DNA from: a virus
Taxonomy: Duplodnaviria > Caudoviricetes
IMG/VR virus record: IMGVR_UViG_3300027782_000030
Coordinates: 128,001 to 192,000 of that record
Direction: 5' to 3' (one strand)
Length of the DNA stretch: 64,000 nt
Part shown: positions 35,005 to 44,726 of the stretch, in pieces
How the letters are laid out: every line of letters starts with the position of its first letter
Position numbering within the stretch: position 1 is the stretch's first letter
The notes under the pieces: generated by a model
What the model saw: only the letters and a program-made list of their open reading frames with translations
Databases searched by the model: none
Told to the model about the DNA's origin: nothing
Position numbers and translations under genes: made by a program

Positions 35005-36552
35005 ATGAGTGGATCACCATCATTAGTTAAAACTCCTTATGTAAAAACTAAATTCGCAACACAAAAAGAATTAGATGATTTTGTTAAGTGTTGCGACCCA
35101 GTTACTGGTTATCTATACTTTATGGATAACTTCTTTATGATACAACATCCTACCAAGGGCAGCATGGTATATCATCCATGGGATTATCAAAAACGACTAA
35201 TTCATACATACCACAATTATCGTTTTAGTATTAGTTTGATGCCTCGTCAAAGCGGTAAATCTACTAGTGCTGCTGGCTATCTACTTTGGTATGCTATGTT
35301 CGTACCCGACTCTACTATTCTTATAGCAGCACATAAGTATACAGGCGCACAAGAAATCATGCAGCGTATTCGCTACGCATATGAAAATTGCCCTGACTAT
35401 ATTAAAGCAGGTGTTACTACATACAACAAAGGATCATTAGACTTTGAGAATGGTAGTCGTATAGTTTCAGCCACTACTACTGAAAATACAGGTCGTGGTA
35501 TGTCTATCACACTACTATACCTAGATGAGTTTGCGTTTGTTCGACCTACTATTGCTGAACAGTTTTGGACTTCTATTACACCTACACTATCAACTGGTGG
35601 TAAAGCAATTATCACTAGCACTCCGAATAGTGACGAAGATCAATTCGCTCTTATTTGGAAAGGTGCTAATAAAACAGAAGATTCATATGGCAATCAAACT
35701 GAATTAGGTGTAAATGGATTTAGAGCATATAGGGCACATTGGACTGAGCAACCTGGCAGGGATCAAAAATGGGCTGATGAAATGAAAGCCCAACTAGGAG
35801 AAGATAGATTCCGTCGTGAAATAGGCTGCGAATTTATTATTGCGGATGAAACCCTTATCAATCCTAGTACATTAATTGATTTAGAAGGTATTGAACCTAT
35901 CACTCGCATGGGACAAGTTCGCTGGTATAAAAAGCCTGAGAAAGGTAATATTTACGCAGTAGGATTGGATCCAAGTTTAGGCACTGGTGGTGATCCTGCT
36001 GCTATACAAATTTTTGAGGCTAATACTACTACCCAAATTGGTGAATGGAAACATAATAAAACAGATATACCTAATCAGATTAAATTATTAGCACAAATAA
36101 ACAAGTATATCGTAGAGTGTACAGGAGAAACTGATAATCTATATTATAGTATAGAGAACAATTCTATTGGTGAAGCCTCTCTAATATCATTGGCAGAATA
36201 TGGTGAAACTAATATACCAGGTATTTTTTTAAGTGAGTCAGGCAAAAAGCGTAGAGGATACAATACTACACAAAAGTCTAAAATCACTGCCTGTGCTAAA
36301 TTTAAAACGCTATTAGAAAGCAAGAAAATGAAAATTTATAGCAAAAGTTTGATATCAGAATTAAAGACTTTTGTTGCTAGTGGTGGTAGTTATGCGGCTA
36401 AGATAGGTGATACTGATGATTTGATTATGGCTTCATTGTTAACAGTTAGAATGCTACAATCTTTAAGTGATTACTATCATGACTTGGGAGAACAAATTCG
36501 TGACCATGATGAATACATTCAACCATTACCATTCTTCGCCGTCTTAAGTTAA
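35005..36552 (+). CDS. terL: Terminase large subunit (T4 gp17-like)
   Basis: PRQSGKS Walker A, LYLDEFAF Walker B, TSTPN, FRREIGCEF, GLDPS (RNase H-like) and DDLIM. Confidence 0.95.
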   Translation: MSGSPSLVKTPYVKTKFATQKELDDFVKCCDPVTGYLYFMDNFFMIQHPTKGSMVYHPWDYQKRLIHTYHNYRFSISLMPRQSGKSTSAAGYLLWYAMFVPDSTILIAAHKYTGAQEIMQRIRYAYENCPDYIKAGVTTYNKGSLDFENGSRIVSATTTENTGRGMSITLLYLDEFAFVRPTIAEQFWTSITPTLSTGGKAIITSTPNSDEDQFALIWKGANKTEDSYGNQTELGVNGFRAYRAHWTEQPGRDQKWADEMKAQLGEDRFRREIGCEFIIADETLINPSTLIDLEGIEPITRMGQVRWYKKPEKGNIYAVGLDPSLGTGGDPAAIQIFEANTTTQIGEWKHNKTDIPNQIKLLAQINKYIVECTGETDNLYYSIENNSIGEASLISLAEYGETNIPGIFLSESGKKRRGYNTTQKSKITACAKFKTLLESKKMKIYSKSLISELKTFVASGGSYAAKIGDTDDLIMASLLTVRMLQSLSDYYHDLGEQIRDHDEYIQPLPFFAVLS

Positions 36553-36570
36553 TACAAAGATAAATACTAT

Positions 36571-38664
36571 ATGCCCATTAAAACAGACTCATTAAACCGC
36601 GATTTATACAAATTACTCAAGGTAAGGGGTTACGATCCTATACCAAAAGGCAGCGATGGGGAAACAGTACCTGTTCCTGATGAAGCCGAAGTTTTTAAGT
36701 TTACTTTCAAAAAAGAAGGTAAACCGATAGACACTGCTTGGGTAACTATTGACAGTAACCAAGACTTAAAAATATATTATGATGATGATATTACTGACTC
36801 TACTAACGAAGATTTAGAATCAGGATCGTTTGATGATAGTTGGACTGGGTTTTTACAACAGTTAAAGATGTGGAGTCAACGCCGGCAGTTAGGTTTTGAT
36901 ACCGAAAACAAAGACCATTTAGCTAGTGATATGGCACAGAGGGATCATATGAAAAAGAAAGAAAACATAGCAGAAGGATATTATCCAATGGGTAAACAAG
37001 CAAGTTATAGTGACGCTATCCCTAGTGTCAAAATAATATTACAACATAACCGTAAACTTGAAGAAGGTGAACAGCGTTATCGTAATATTTCTAGAATTTT
37101 CGTTGAAAATGCTAATGGCGAACGCTTTTTACTTAACACTACTAAGCCAGGTCTTGCCCGAGTATATGCTAGACATATCGCAGAGGGTGGCACACCATAT
37201 GATGACCGCGCTAGTCATATTCAATCATTGGTTGAAGAATATGAAAAAATGGCAGGATTTGTCCGTGCTACACGCAATGGACAGTTTAATGAAAGTACCC
37301 AACGCTTAGTACTAGAAGGAGCTAATCATTATCAATCATTAAGAGAAACTCTAAGCCGCATGACAGGTCGTCGCGGATACAATATGTATTTTGAAAGTTG
37401 GACTCCTGCTCTAATGGAAGATGATAGTGAAGTTTCAGGTATTAATGAATTATTCGTTCAGGAAACACTAGATCCTAGAATTGAAAGTGCTATGCCAATT
37501 CTTAAGAAATTGCACAAGAAACTTGGTGAGATGAAAGAAGTTACTCAGTTAGAAGAGTGGGCAGATAGTTTAGTAAATGAATATAAGCAGGGTGATGACA
37601 GTGGTTATATTCAGCTATTACAAAGTAAATTAAAAGCAGGCAAGCCACTAACTCCCCAAGAAAAAGAAAAACTTAAAGCATATCTTGCGGCTAAACAGTT
37701 AGGTCTAAAAGAAGAAGGTGATAGTGGTCAAACAGCACTTAATCCAGTTGGTATTCCTGAAGATGAACTTGATGAAGGCAAGGGCGCTATAAGAAAATTC
37801 TTAGCAGGTTTAGGAATCATAGGTGCTTTAGGCGCACATATCAGTAGTGAAGACGAAGCCATAATACAAAGAATGGCTGTAAAGTATGACCAAGCGCAGA
37901 CTCCACAAGAGAAAGCACAAATCAAGCATGACATTGAAAGAGTTACAAAAGGTAGTTTAGTTAAAGAAGAAGATATAGAAGAAAGCGGGCTACAGGCATA
38001 TCTTGGTAATAAGAAATATGGCAAAGAAGGTATGGATGCTTTACGCAAAGCAGGCCGTGATGGTGCTAGTAAAGAAAAGATGGCATCAATTCGTTCTAAG
38101 TATGACAAACTAGATGAAGAACATATGGCGGAAGACTCATTAAATGAATGGGTAGATCCAGGCGCGCCATGTGCTCATTGCGGATTGTCACACGGACAAC
38201 ATCGTGTTCAGTTCAATAAAAAAAATCCAAATGTTAGTTTTATGAATCAAGACGATGAATGGAACGATTTGGAAATGAAAAATGCTGAAGACCACCCCTA
38301 TACGCCAAGTAAAGGTTATCGCCCACTATCGCAGCGAGAAGCAGAGTTGGTTGGATTTGACAATCTAAATGTTGATATACCAAACGATATATATGACCGT
38401 ATTAATAGTGTAAGACAGCGCCTAGCCCGAGTAGGTAAAGATGCCGGCAAACTTACAAGAGTCAAAGAGCAAGGTGTGGAAGAAGACCTTGATGCCAACC
38501 AAAAGCGTGTAGGACAATTAGGCCCAACCGAAAAGGTAGGTAAAAAAGGTGCGGTTGGTAAACTAGTTGGCGCTAGTGAAAGTTTTATCAATACAGTTGA
38601 CCAAGCAGTAACGACTGAAGGTGTAGAAGAATTGGCTGCACTAAAACGATTATTGGGTAAATAA
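36571..38664 (+). CDS. Large acidic late protein, probably virion or prohead associated
   Basis: An ATAAATA motif lies just upstream. A globular-looking N-terminus is followed by Glu-rich linkers (IAE, VKEE, IEES, LDEE). Confidence 0.6.
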   Translation: MPIKTDSLNRDLYKLLKVRGYDPIPKGSDGETVPVPDEAEVFKFTFKKEGKPIDTAWVTIDSNQDLKIYYDDDITDSTNEDLESGSFDDSWTGFLQQLKMWSQRRQLGFDTENKDHLASDMAQRDHMKKKENIAEGYYPMGKQASYSDAIPSVKIILQHNRKLEEGEQRYRNISRIFVENANGERFLLNTTKPGLARVYARHIAEGGTPYDDRASHIQSLVEEYEKMAGFVRATRNGQFNESTQRLVLEGANHYQSLRETLSRMTGRRGYNMYFESWTPALMEDDSEVSGINELFVQETLDPRIESAMPILKKLHKKLGEMKEVTQLEEWADSLVNEYKQGDDSGYIQLLQSKLKAGKPLTPQEKEKLKAYLAAKQLGLKEEGDSGQTALNPVGIPEDELDEGKGAIRKFLAGLGIIGALGAHISSEDEAIIQRMAVKYDQAQTPQEKAQIKHDIERVTKGSLVKEEDIEESGLQAYLGNKKYGKEGMDALRKAGRDGASKEKMASIRSKYDKLDEEHMAEDSLNEWVDPGAPCAHCGLSHGQHRVQFNKKNPNVSFMNQDDEWNDLEMKNAEDHPYTPSKGYRPLSQREAELVGFDNLNVDIPNDIYDRINSVRQRLARVGKDAGKLTRVKEQGVEEDLDANQKRVGQLGPTEKVGKKGAVGKLVGASESFINTVDQAVTTEGVEELAALKRLLGK

Positions 38665-38673
38665 CTTTCTAAA

Positions 38674-38697
38674 AAACCTCACTTTTTAGTGAGGTTT
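38674..38697. terminator. Hairpin, probable terminator
   Basis: AAACCTCACT-TTTT-AGTGAGGTTT. Confidence 0.65.
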
Positions 38698-38708
38698 ACC
38701 ATATTCGG

Positions 38709-38748
38709 CATAAATACACTTGACGCAGCATGAAAGTTGTTATATACT
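38709..38748 (+). promoter_or_regulatory. Tandem late (CATAAATA) and sigma70 (TTGACG-17-TATACT) promoters of the SSB gene
   Basis: Motifs at 38709-38716 and 38720-38748. Confidence 0.7.
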
Positions 38749-38831
38749 TAGTACTGTGTTAGTTGTCTCCTGACAACGACATTTAAATCATATTTAGGCT
38801 CAAATTAGGCACATTTTTAAGGAGAAAACAA

Positions 38832-39812
38832 ATGGCAAGTCTAGCAGAAATCCGCGCTCGCATTTCAGCGCAAGAAAACAAGTCAACCAAGGGCTCTAAC
38901 GCCCAATCAGATAACGCAATCTACCCCCACTGGAACATGGATGAAGGTACTTCAGCTACCCTTCGTTTTCTTCCAGATGCGGAATCAAAGAATGAATTCT
39001 TTTGGGTAGAGCGAGCAATGATTAAACTCCCATTCAACGGAGTTAAAGGCGATTCTAATACTAAACAAATTCAGGTACAAGTCCCATGCGTAGAAATGTA
39101 TGGCGATAACTGTCCTATTTTGGCAGAAGTTCGTCCATGGTACAAGGACGAAAGTCTCAAGGAAATGGCTAATAAGTATTGGAAGAAACGCAGTTATATT
39201 TTTCAAGGGTTCGTTCGCCAAAACCCTATTCAGGATGACAAGACTCCTACGAATCCTATTCGTCGGTTTATTATCAGCCCACAAATTATTCCTATTATCC
39301 GTACTGGTTTGATGGATCCCGAGATCCTAGAACTTCCTACTGATTATGTTCGTGGATTGGATTTTAAAATTATTAAAACCAGCAAAGGTGGTTATGCTGA
39401 CTACAGTACCAGCAATTGGTCTCGTAGGGAAAGCGCACTGACCGAAGCCGAGCAACAAGCAATTGAAGAACATGGTCTTTTCAACTTGGTAGACTTCTTG
39501 CCCAAGAAGCCTAGTGAGGCTGAATTGCGTGTTATCAAAGAAATGTTTGAAGCAAGCGTTGAAGGTCGTCCATACGATAATGATCGTTGGGGAGCATACT
39601 ATCGTCCATATGGTCTAGAAGCACCTGCAGGAGCAACAGCGGCTCAAACACAAGCGACTACTAGTAGCGCACCCGCAACAGCACCCGTAGCAGATTCGCA
39701 TGATGACCATGATGATGAAGCATCAAGTCCAGTTGTAGTTCCCAAAAATGCTCAAAGCGATAAAGCGCAAGACATTTTGGCAATGATCCGAGCCAGACAA
39801 AAATCTGCTTAA
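38832..39812 (+). CDS. gp32: ssDNA-binding protein (T4 gp32-like)
   Basis: ATLRFLP, CPILAE, YWKKRSYIFQG, DFKIIKT and YADYSTS, with an acidic tail. Confidence 0.9.
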   Translation: MASLAEIRARISAQENKSTKGSNAQSDNAIYPHWNMDEGTSATLRFLPDAESKNEFFWVERAMIKLPFNGVKGDSNTKQIQVQVPCVEMYGDNCPILAEVRPWYKDESLKEMANKYWKKRSYIFQGFVRQNPIQDDKTPTNPIRRFIISPQIIPIIRTGLMDPEILELPTDYVRGLDFKIIKTSKGGYADYSTSNWSRRESALTEAEQQAIEEHGLFNLVDFLPKKPSEAELRVIKEMFEASVEGRPYDNDRWGAYYRPYGLEAPAGATAAQTQATTSSAPATAPVADSHDDHDDEASSPVVVPKNAQSDKAQDILAMIRARQKSA

Positions 39813-39855
39813 TAGGAGTTAGGGAGCAAATGCTCCCTTACTTAGGAGAATTCCC

Positions 39856-40092
39856 ATGACATTACCAGACGAAAGGTTTCGTGCCCTTAAGCAAGGCAAA
39901 AAATTACTTGAGGAGTTATGTGATCCCGGTCGTACTCCTCGTGTTCCTAGCTTGGTCAGAGATAAAGCAAGGGCTGCTCTAAGACATTATCCTAGCGATT
40001 ACGAATTGGATCGCATTGCGGATCAATGTCCAGATATCCTTGACAAATTATCATTTGCTGATAAACTATATGCTAGTGGAATACACAAATAA
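39856..40092 (+). CDS. Hypothetical phage protein
   Basis: MTLPDERFRAL...TPRVP...LRHYP, with an AGGAG SD. Confidence 0.7.
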   Translation: MTLPDERFRALKQGKKLLEELCDPGRTPRVPSLVRDKARAALRHYPSDYELDRIADQCPDILDKLSFADKLYASGIHK

Positions 40093-40104
40093 TAAGGAAA
40101 TGAA

Positions 40105-40296
40105 ATGAAATATTTAAACAAATTAGAAAAAGTAAACGAATCAATCACTATTAACCGTTACGACAATGGCTACATGGTTGAAGTAACTGGTCGTGATGAT
40201 GACAATGATTGGAAAACCTCAAAGGTTATCTGTAATACCGAAGAAGAAATGCTTACTGTAGTTAAAGAATGGAACTCAATGGATTTGGATAACTAA
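40105..40296 (+). CDS. Hypothetical protein
   Basis: 63-aa ORF with an AAGGA SD. Confidence 0.65.
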   Translation: MKYLNKLEKVNESITINRYDNGYMVEVTGRDDDNDWKTSKVICNTEEEMLTVVKEWNSMDLDN

Positions 40297-40297
40297 G

Positions 40298-41365
40298 ATG
40301 GCAAAACCATTTGATGTGAGTAAATTTCGCCGTGACATTACTAAATCTATTGAGGGACTTAGTATTGGTTTTAACGACCCCACTGACTGGATATCTACAG
40401 GTAATTTCGCCCTCAATTATCTTATATCCGGTGATTTTAATAAAGGCGTACCTCTTGGTAAAGTTACTGTCTTTGCCGGAGAATCAGGCGCAGGTAAATC
40501 ATTCATCTGCTCAGGTAACTTAGTACGCCATGCTCAACAACAAGGTATTTTCGTTGTATTGATTGATACAGAAAACGCCCTTGATGAAAAATGGCTACAT
40601 GCCCTAGGTGTATCTACCGATGAAGATAAACTTCTGAAATTGAATATGGCTATGATTGATGATGTGGGTAAAACTATATCAGAATTTATGAAGTCATATA
40701 AAATTCTACCTGAAACTGATAAACCAAAAGTATTGTTTGTACTTGATTCATTGGGTATGCTTCTTACCCCCACTGATGTTAATCAATTTGAAGCAGGTGA
40801 TATGAAAGGTGATATGGGTCGTAAACCCAAAGCACTTACCGCACTTGTTCGTAATTGTGTTAATATGTTTGGTAATCATAATGTTGGTCTAGTTGCTACT
40901 AATCATACATACGCTAGCCAAGATATGTTTGATCCTGATGATAAAATCAGTGGTGGTCAAGGTTTCGTTTACGCATCTTCAATTGTAGTTGCTATGAAGA
41001 AACTCAAACTCAAAGAAGACGAGGATGGTAATAAGATTAGTGAAGTACGAGGTATTCGTGCCGCATGTAAGATTATGAAAACTCGCTATGCCAAACCCTT
41101 TGAAAGTGTTCAAGTTAAGATTCCCTATGAAACTGGGATGAGCCCCTATTCAGGAATGCTTGATATGATTGAAAAGGCTGAACTTGTTAAGAAAGAAGGT
41201 AATTCACTTGTATATACTACCCTTGATGGTGAAATTATTAAAAAGTTTCGCAAAGCATGGGAAGCAAATACAGATGGATGCTTGGACAAAGTAATGAATG
41301 AGTATAGTCAAAAAACAAATCGTAAGATAAGTAATGTATTACCTGAGGAGGAAAATACAGAATGA
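40298..41365 (+). CDS. uvsX: RecA-like recombinase UvsX
   Basis: WISTGN, AGESGAGKS, IDTENA, VLDSLG and KIMKTR. Confidence 0.93.
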   Translation: MAKPFDVSKFRRDITKSIEGLSIGFNDPTDWISTGNFALNYLISGDFNKGVPLGKVTVFAGESGAGKSFICSGNLVRHAQQQGIFVVLIDTENALDEKWLHALGVSTDEDKLLKLNMAMIDDVGKTISEFMKSYKILPETDKPKVLFVLDSLGMLLTPTDVNQFEAGDMKGDMGRKPKALTALVRNCVNMFGNHNVGLVATNHTYASQDMFDPDDKISGGQGFVYASSIVVAMKKLKLKEDEDGNKISEVRGIRAACKIMKTRYAKPFESVQVKIPYETGMSPYSGMLDMIEKAELVKKEGNSLVYTTLDGEIIKKFRKAWEANTDGCLDKVMNEYSQKTNRKISNVLPEEENTE

Positions 41366-41619
41366 GTCTAGATATTATTTCATCTGTTTGGGACGCATTA
41401 GTTACGCACATTGACTTAAATGAGCGTAAATATGCAGCAGAAACCCTTGTTGATTTTTTAATTGATAATGATTTTCAACCAAATGAGATTTTAGAACATT
41501 TTCAAGGTGATTCCGAAATGACTCATGCAATTAAAGGTTGGGTTGATCAATATGGTGATAATGATGATGGTAACTACGATTATCCATACGATAATGACGA
41601 TGACGATGATTGGCGATAA
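41362..41619 (+). CDS. Hypothetical protein with an acidic tail
   Basis: 85-aa ORF between uvsX and uvsY. Confidence 0.7.
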   Translation: MSLDIISSVWDALVTHIDLNERKYAAETLVDFLIDNDFQPNEILEHFQGDSEMTHAIKGWVDQYGDNDDGNYDYPYDNDDDDDWR

Positions 41620-42078
41620 ATGAATTGGTATACGAAAATCTCACAAGACCTTTCTGCTATACCTGATTTCATAACATACTACGAATTAGAACTAGTTTCA
41701 TCTAAAAAAGAGGTAACAATATACGGCAATGTTGAAAAAAACATTGCTGGGTTACCTGGTATTACTGAGCATAGATTTAACCAGCTTCAAGAAATTGAGG
41801 CTGTGTTAAATTTCCTCAACATTAAACTTAGGCAAATTCGCCGAAAACATTTTCAAAAATATTTAGAAGCGTATAATAGAGCATTAACTAGCCGTGATGC
41901 CGAGAAGTATGTTGATGGCGAAGATGAAGTTATTGATTTTGAAACTCTTATCAATGAAGTGGCACTACTACGCAATAAATGGTTAGGTGTTATGAAAGGA
42001 TTAGAATCTAAAAACTTTATGCTAGGTCATGTAGTTCGTTTAAGAGCAGCCGGCATGGAAGATATTCAAATAGGATAA
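41620..42078 (+). CDS. uvsY: Recombination mediator UvsY
   Basis: Helical 152-aa protein with YLEAYNRALTSRDAEKYVDGE, near uvsX. Confidence 0.75.
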   Translation: MNWYTKISQDLSAIPDFITYYELELVSSKKEVTIYGNVEKNIAGLPGITEHRFNQLQEIEAVLNFLNIKLRQIRRKHFQKYLEAYNRALTSRDAEKYVDGEDEVIDFETLINEVALLRNKWLGVMKGLESKNFMLGHVVRLRAAGMEDIQIG

Positions 42079-42082
42079 AAAT

Positions 42083-42877
42083 ATGTCAAGTAGTATTAGG
42101 GGACTCACATCCCAGCAAGTGATGGCTTGGAATACAAATTCTAATAATGGATTGAATTTGGCAGGAATTGGAAATATTCCAGCTATTAGTTTAAATGATT
42201 TATTAAAGGTTTATAACACCGACCATGTGAAAAAATACGAAATTATAGAAACTCAGGAAGATGCCCTAGCAGTTAGTGTAGCACATAAGCGGTTAGTTTC
42301 TTCTAAAAATTACAAGAGTTCAACAATTCCACTTAGGAATATGTTAGATTCACAGGTATTTGAAAAAGTAACAGACGAGGATAGGGAAGTTGCTAATAAT
42401 ATACGCACCTACTATGCTCATCAACTTGTAATGTGGACTCTAAAAGATATTAAACTTACTAAATTTAGAGAATGCCTAAATAGTTATATCAACGGTGATA
42501 GTAAACGATTCAAGGAAGAATTTGTTCCGATCATAGCCAAACTACCTTATTTTTATGAATATGATATCCAATTGGATGAAATTAAAAGATTCGTCAATAG
42601 TGATATTGATATTGATAAAGGTGTAAAAATGACAGCACATAATATGATTCCAATTAAATCATTGACTCGTAAAAATAAACGAATTAAATGTGTTGAATAT
42701 TGGTTAAAAGATACAAACGATATTGCTTATAATATACAAATAGAAATTAATAATCCATTGCAACATTTGTGGGATAATATCTTTAGTAAAGAAGAACTGG
42801 TAATTAACGGTTTGGGTGCGCCCAAACGCAGGGATGATTTTAAATATTACCAACTGTTACAATGGACCATGGCTTGA
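42083..42877 (+). CDS. Hypothetical protein
   Basis: 264-aa ORF. Confidence 0.7.
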   Translation: MSSSIRGLTSQQVMAWNTNSNNGLNLAGIGNIPAISLNDLLKVYNTDHVKKYEIIETQEDALAVSVAHKRLVSSKNYKSSTIPLRNMLDSQVFEKVTDEDREVANNIRTYYAHQLVMWTLKDIKLTKFRECLNSYINGDSKRFKEEFVPIIAKLPYFYEYDIQLDEIKRFVNSDIDIDKGVKMTAHNMIPIKSLTRKNKRIKCVEYWLKDTNDIAYNIQIEINNPLQHLWDNIFSKEELVINGLGAPKRRDDFKYYQLLQWTMA

Positions 42878-42902
42878 CAGTAAATCAAGGTTGATCTATA
42901 CT
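42874..42902 (+). promoter_or_regulatory. Early sigma70 promoter
   Basis: TTGACA-17-TATACT. Confidence 0.85.
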
Positions 42903-42922
42903 ACTATTTTGATGGAGAACTT

Positions 42923-43141
42923 ATGAGTAGACTAGCATTTATTGGCCGCCCGTGGGTGGCATTTGAAGCAACCGATCCTCAACACAGAGAATGGTTCGCA
43001 GAGTTTCGCAAGTTAGGCACCTGGGGAAAATGCCCTGTGCGGTTTATCATCCCAGATGACCACGGCGATCTTATCACTATGATTCAACGACGGTTAATTG
43101 ATTTTTATGTTAGCAAAGAATTCGGATCAACACATGGCTAG
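42923..43141 (+). CDS. Hypothetical early protein
   Basis: 72 aa, GGAG SD. Confidence 0.7.
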   Translation: MSRLAFIGRPWVAFEATDPQHREWFAEFRKLGTWGKCPVRFIIPDDHGDLITMIQRRLIDFYVSKEFGSTHG

Positions 43142-43355
43142 GATTATCCTAACTTGCGGACATGAAGTACATGATTTCCCCCGCGCCTATCATATCATGA
43201 CCAAAGGTACAGATCGGTACGGTGAGCGGGCTATCTTATATCAAACTGTTTGCGGGTGTTGTGAGGATATGTACCGTAGAGCCGGGGATATTTTTGATTT
43301 TGAAGAAGTAGCGTATTTTTGGGTTAGTAAAGGTAAAAAAACGGTTATAGACTAA
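43134..43355 (+). CDS. Hypothetical protein with Cys/His motifs
   Basis: TCGH...VCGCCE, starting at the in-frame ATG 43134. Confidence 0.6.
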   Translation: MARIILTCGHEVHDFPRAYHIMTKGTDRYGERAILYQTVCGCCEDMYRRAGDIFDFEEVAYFWVSKGKKTVID

Positions 43356-43366
43356 GGATTATATAA

Positions 43367-43675
43367 ATGGAAAAAGTTATCCGCGATGGTAAAGTTGCTA
43401 TACTCACTAGCCCTGGTTACGGAGCTGGTTGGTATTCGTGGCATATGATTCCTGAATTAATGTATGACCCTACCGTAGTCTCTATGGTGGAGGATCGTGT
43501 TAATTATGAGGCAATTGAGGCTTATTGCGAAGAACGGTGGCCTGACAACTATTTTGGTGGAGCCGAAGATTTGGTAATTACTTGGGTCCCTGAGGGTAGG
43601 GTTTTCATTATTAATGAATATGACGGGGCTGAATACATCCAATTCAGGGATGACATTGAATGGATGGTAGCCTAG
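43367..43675 (+). CDS. Hypothetical phage protein
   Basis: SPGYGAGWYSW...INEYDGAE. Confidence 0.7.
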   Translation: MEKVIRDGKVAILTSPGYGAGWYSWHMIPELMYDPTVVSMVEDRVNYEAIEAYCEERWPDNYFGGAEDLVITWVPEGRVFIINEYDGAEYIQFRDDIEWMVA

Positions 43676-43676
43676 G

Positions 43677-43705
43677 TTGACATTAAATTGCTGGTAGCGT
43701 ATACT
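43677..43705 (+). promoter_or_regulatory. Early sigma70 promoter
   Basis: TTGACA-17-TATACT. Confidence 0.85.
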
Positions 43706-43734
43706 AAGGTATACACTGAAAAACGAGGTGAGCA

Positions 43735-43929
43735 ATGAGTGCAATGGGCAGGCTTTATACAGAAATCCAAGAACTCTTAGAAGACGGAGTATTCCCGACG
43801 GTGATTGCAAGTCGGCTTGAGGTTCCCCTAAGTTGGGTAGATCAGATCCGCATGGATTTGGATGAGCCTGATTTGCCCTATGATAGTGAGGAGCAGTTCC
43901 AAGATTACGATTCAGCCCTAGAAATTTGA
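43735..43929 (+). CDS. Hypothetical early protein
   Basis: 64 aa, GAGG SD. Confidence 0.65.
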   Translation: MSAMGRLYTEIQELLEDGVFPTVIASRLEVPLSWVDQIRMDLDEPDLPYDSEEQFQDYDSALEI

Positions 43930-43954
43930 CAATAATTCGGTTTGGGCGTATAAT
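43926..43954 (+). promoter_or_regulatory. Early sigma70 promoter
   Basis: TTGACA-ATAATTCGGTTTGGGCG-TATAAT, identical to 44259-44287. Confidence 0.9.
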
Positions 43955-43987
43955 CTATACATAGACAGTTAACTAACGGAGCAGAAA

Positions 43988-44254
43988 ATGTTCGTTGTTT
44001 TTCACACTGAATTTCCCCATCAAGACAAGCGTTATTTCACGACCAAGGCAGGTGCCAAGCGTAGTGCTACCTGTTCTAATCGGAACGCAGGTAAGTTTGT
44101 CTACAACTTTGTGGAAGAATCTTGGTTCGAACTCAAGTATGGCCCGGTTGGTACTAAGGTCGTCAAGAACCTGATGACTGGTAAGGATATTGAAATTGCC
44201 GAGGATACTCCTTGGTGTTGTAACCCCGCTAGCGAAGCGTATTGGAGTAACTAA
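43988..44254 (+). CDS. Hypothetical early protein
   Basis: 88 aa, GGAG SD. Confidence 0.7.
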   Translation: MFVVFHTEFPHQDKRYFTTKAGAKRSATCSNRNAGKFVYNFVEESWFELKYGPVGTKVVKNLMTGKDIEIAEDTPWCCNPASEAYWSN

Positions 44255-44258
44255 TTAT

Positions 44259-44312
44259 TTGACAATAATTCGGTTTGGGCGTATAATAGATTCATACACT
44301 GAGAAAACGGAG
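44259..44312 (+). promoter_or_regulatory. Early promoter plus conserved leader/SD cassette
   Basis: TTGACA-17-TATAAT followed by AGATTCATACACTGAGAAAACGGAG. Confidence 0.9.
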
Positions 44313-44317
44313 TTGTC

Positions 44318-44647
44318 ATGAATATGCTAGAAAAAGAAACCCAGTTCAAAAGCGCGGGTTACTATGCATGGTGTGCTTCTAGGGACGCAAGTATGCGTAG
44401 CGCGGTCAACGCTAGCCGGTTCAGTAGTGCCCAAAAACTCAGGGCCGACCGAGTAAAATTGGCCCTAGAGTTGGTCTATACGGCTAAGGAAGTGTCAATC
44501 ACTAACTGTAAAAAATGGATCCGCGTTAAGGTACACGGTGGGACGGTTCGTGACAAAAAAACCCTTCAACAGTTGGAAAGTGGCTGGGCCATGCAAGGAA
44601 TTCAAAAAAACATCACCCCTCAGGGCGTGATTTATCGTGTTGCGTAA
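44318..44647 (+). CDS. Hypothetical early protein
   Basis: 109 aa. Confidence 0.7.
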   Translation: MNMLEKETQFKSAGYYAWCASRDASMRSAVNASRFSSAQKLRADRVKLALELVYTAKEVSITNCKKWIRVKVHGGTVRDKKTLQQLESGWAMQGIQKNITPQGVIYRVA

Positions 44648-44665
44648 AAGCAACAAGATCAAAAT

Positions 44666-44694
44666 TTGACAATAATTGATTTTGGATATACAAT
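44666..44694 (+). promoter_or_regulatory. Early sigma70 promoter
   Basis: TTGACA-17-TACAAT. Confidence 0.8.
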
Positions 44695-44726
44695 CTAATC
44701 TTAGACAGTTAAACAACGGAGAGAAA

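Noticed and set aside
39821-39838. Terminator after gp32
   Set aside because: The hairpin AGGGAGC-AAAT-GCTCCCT is real but lacks a T-tract, so it is more likely an intercistronic stability or processing element.
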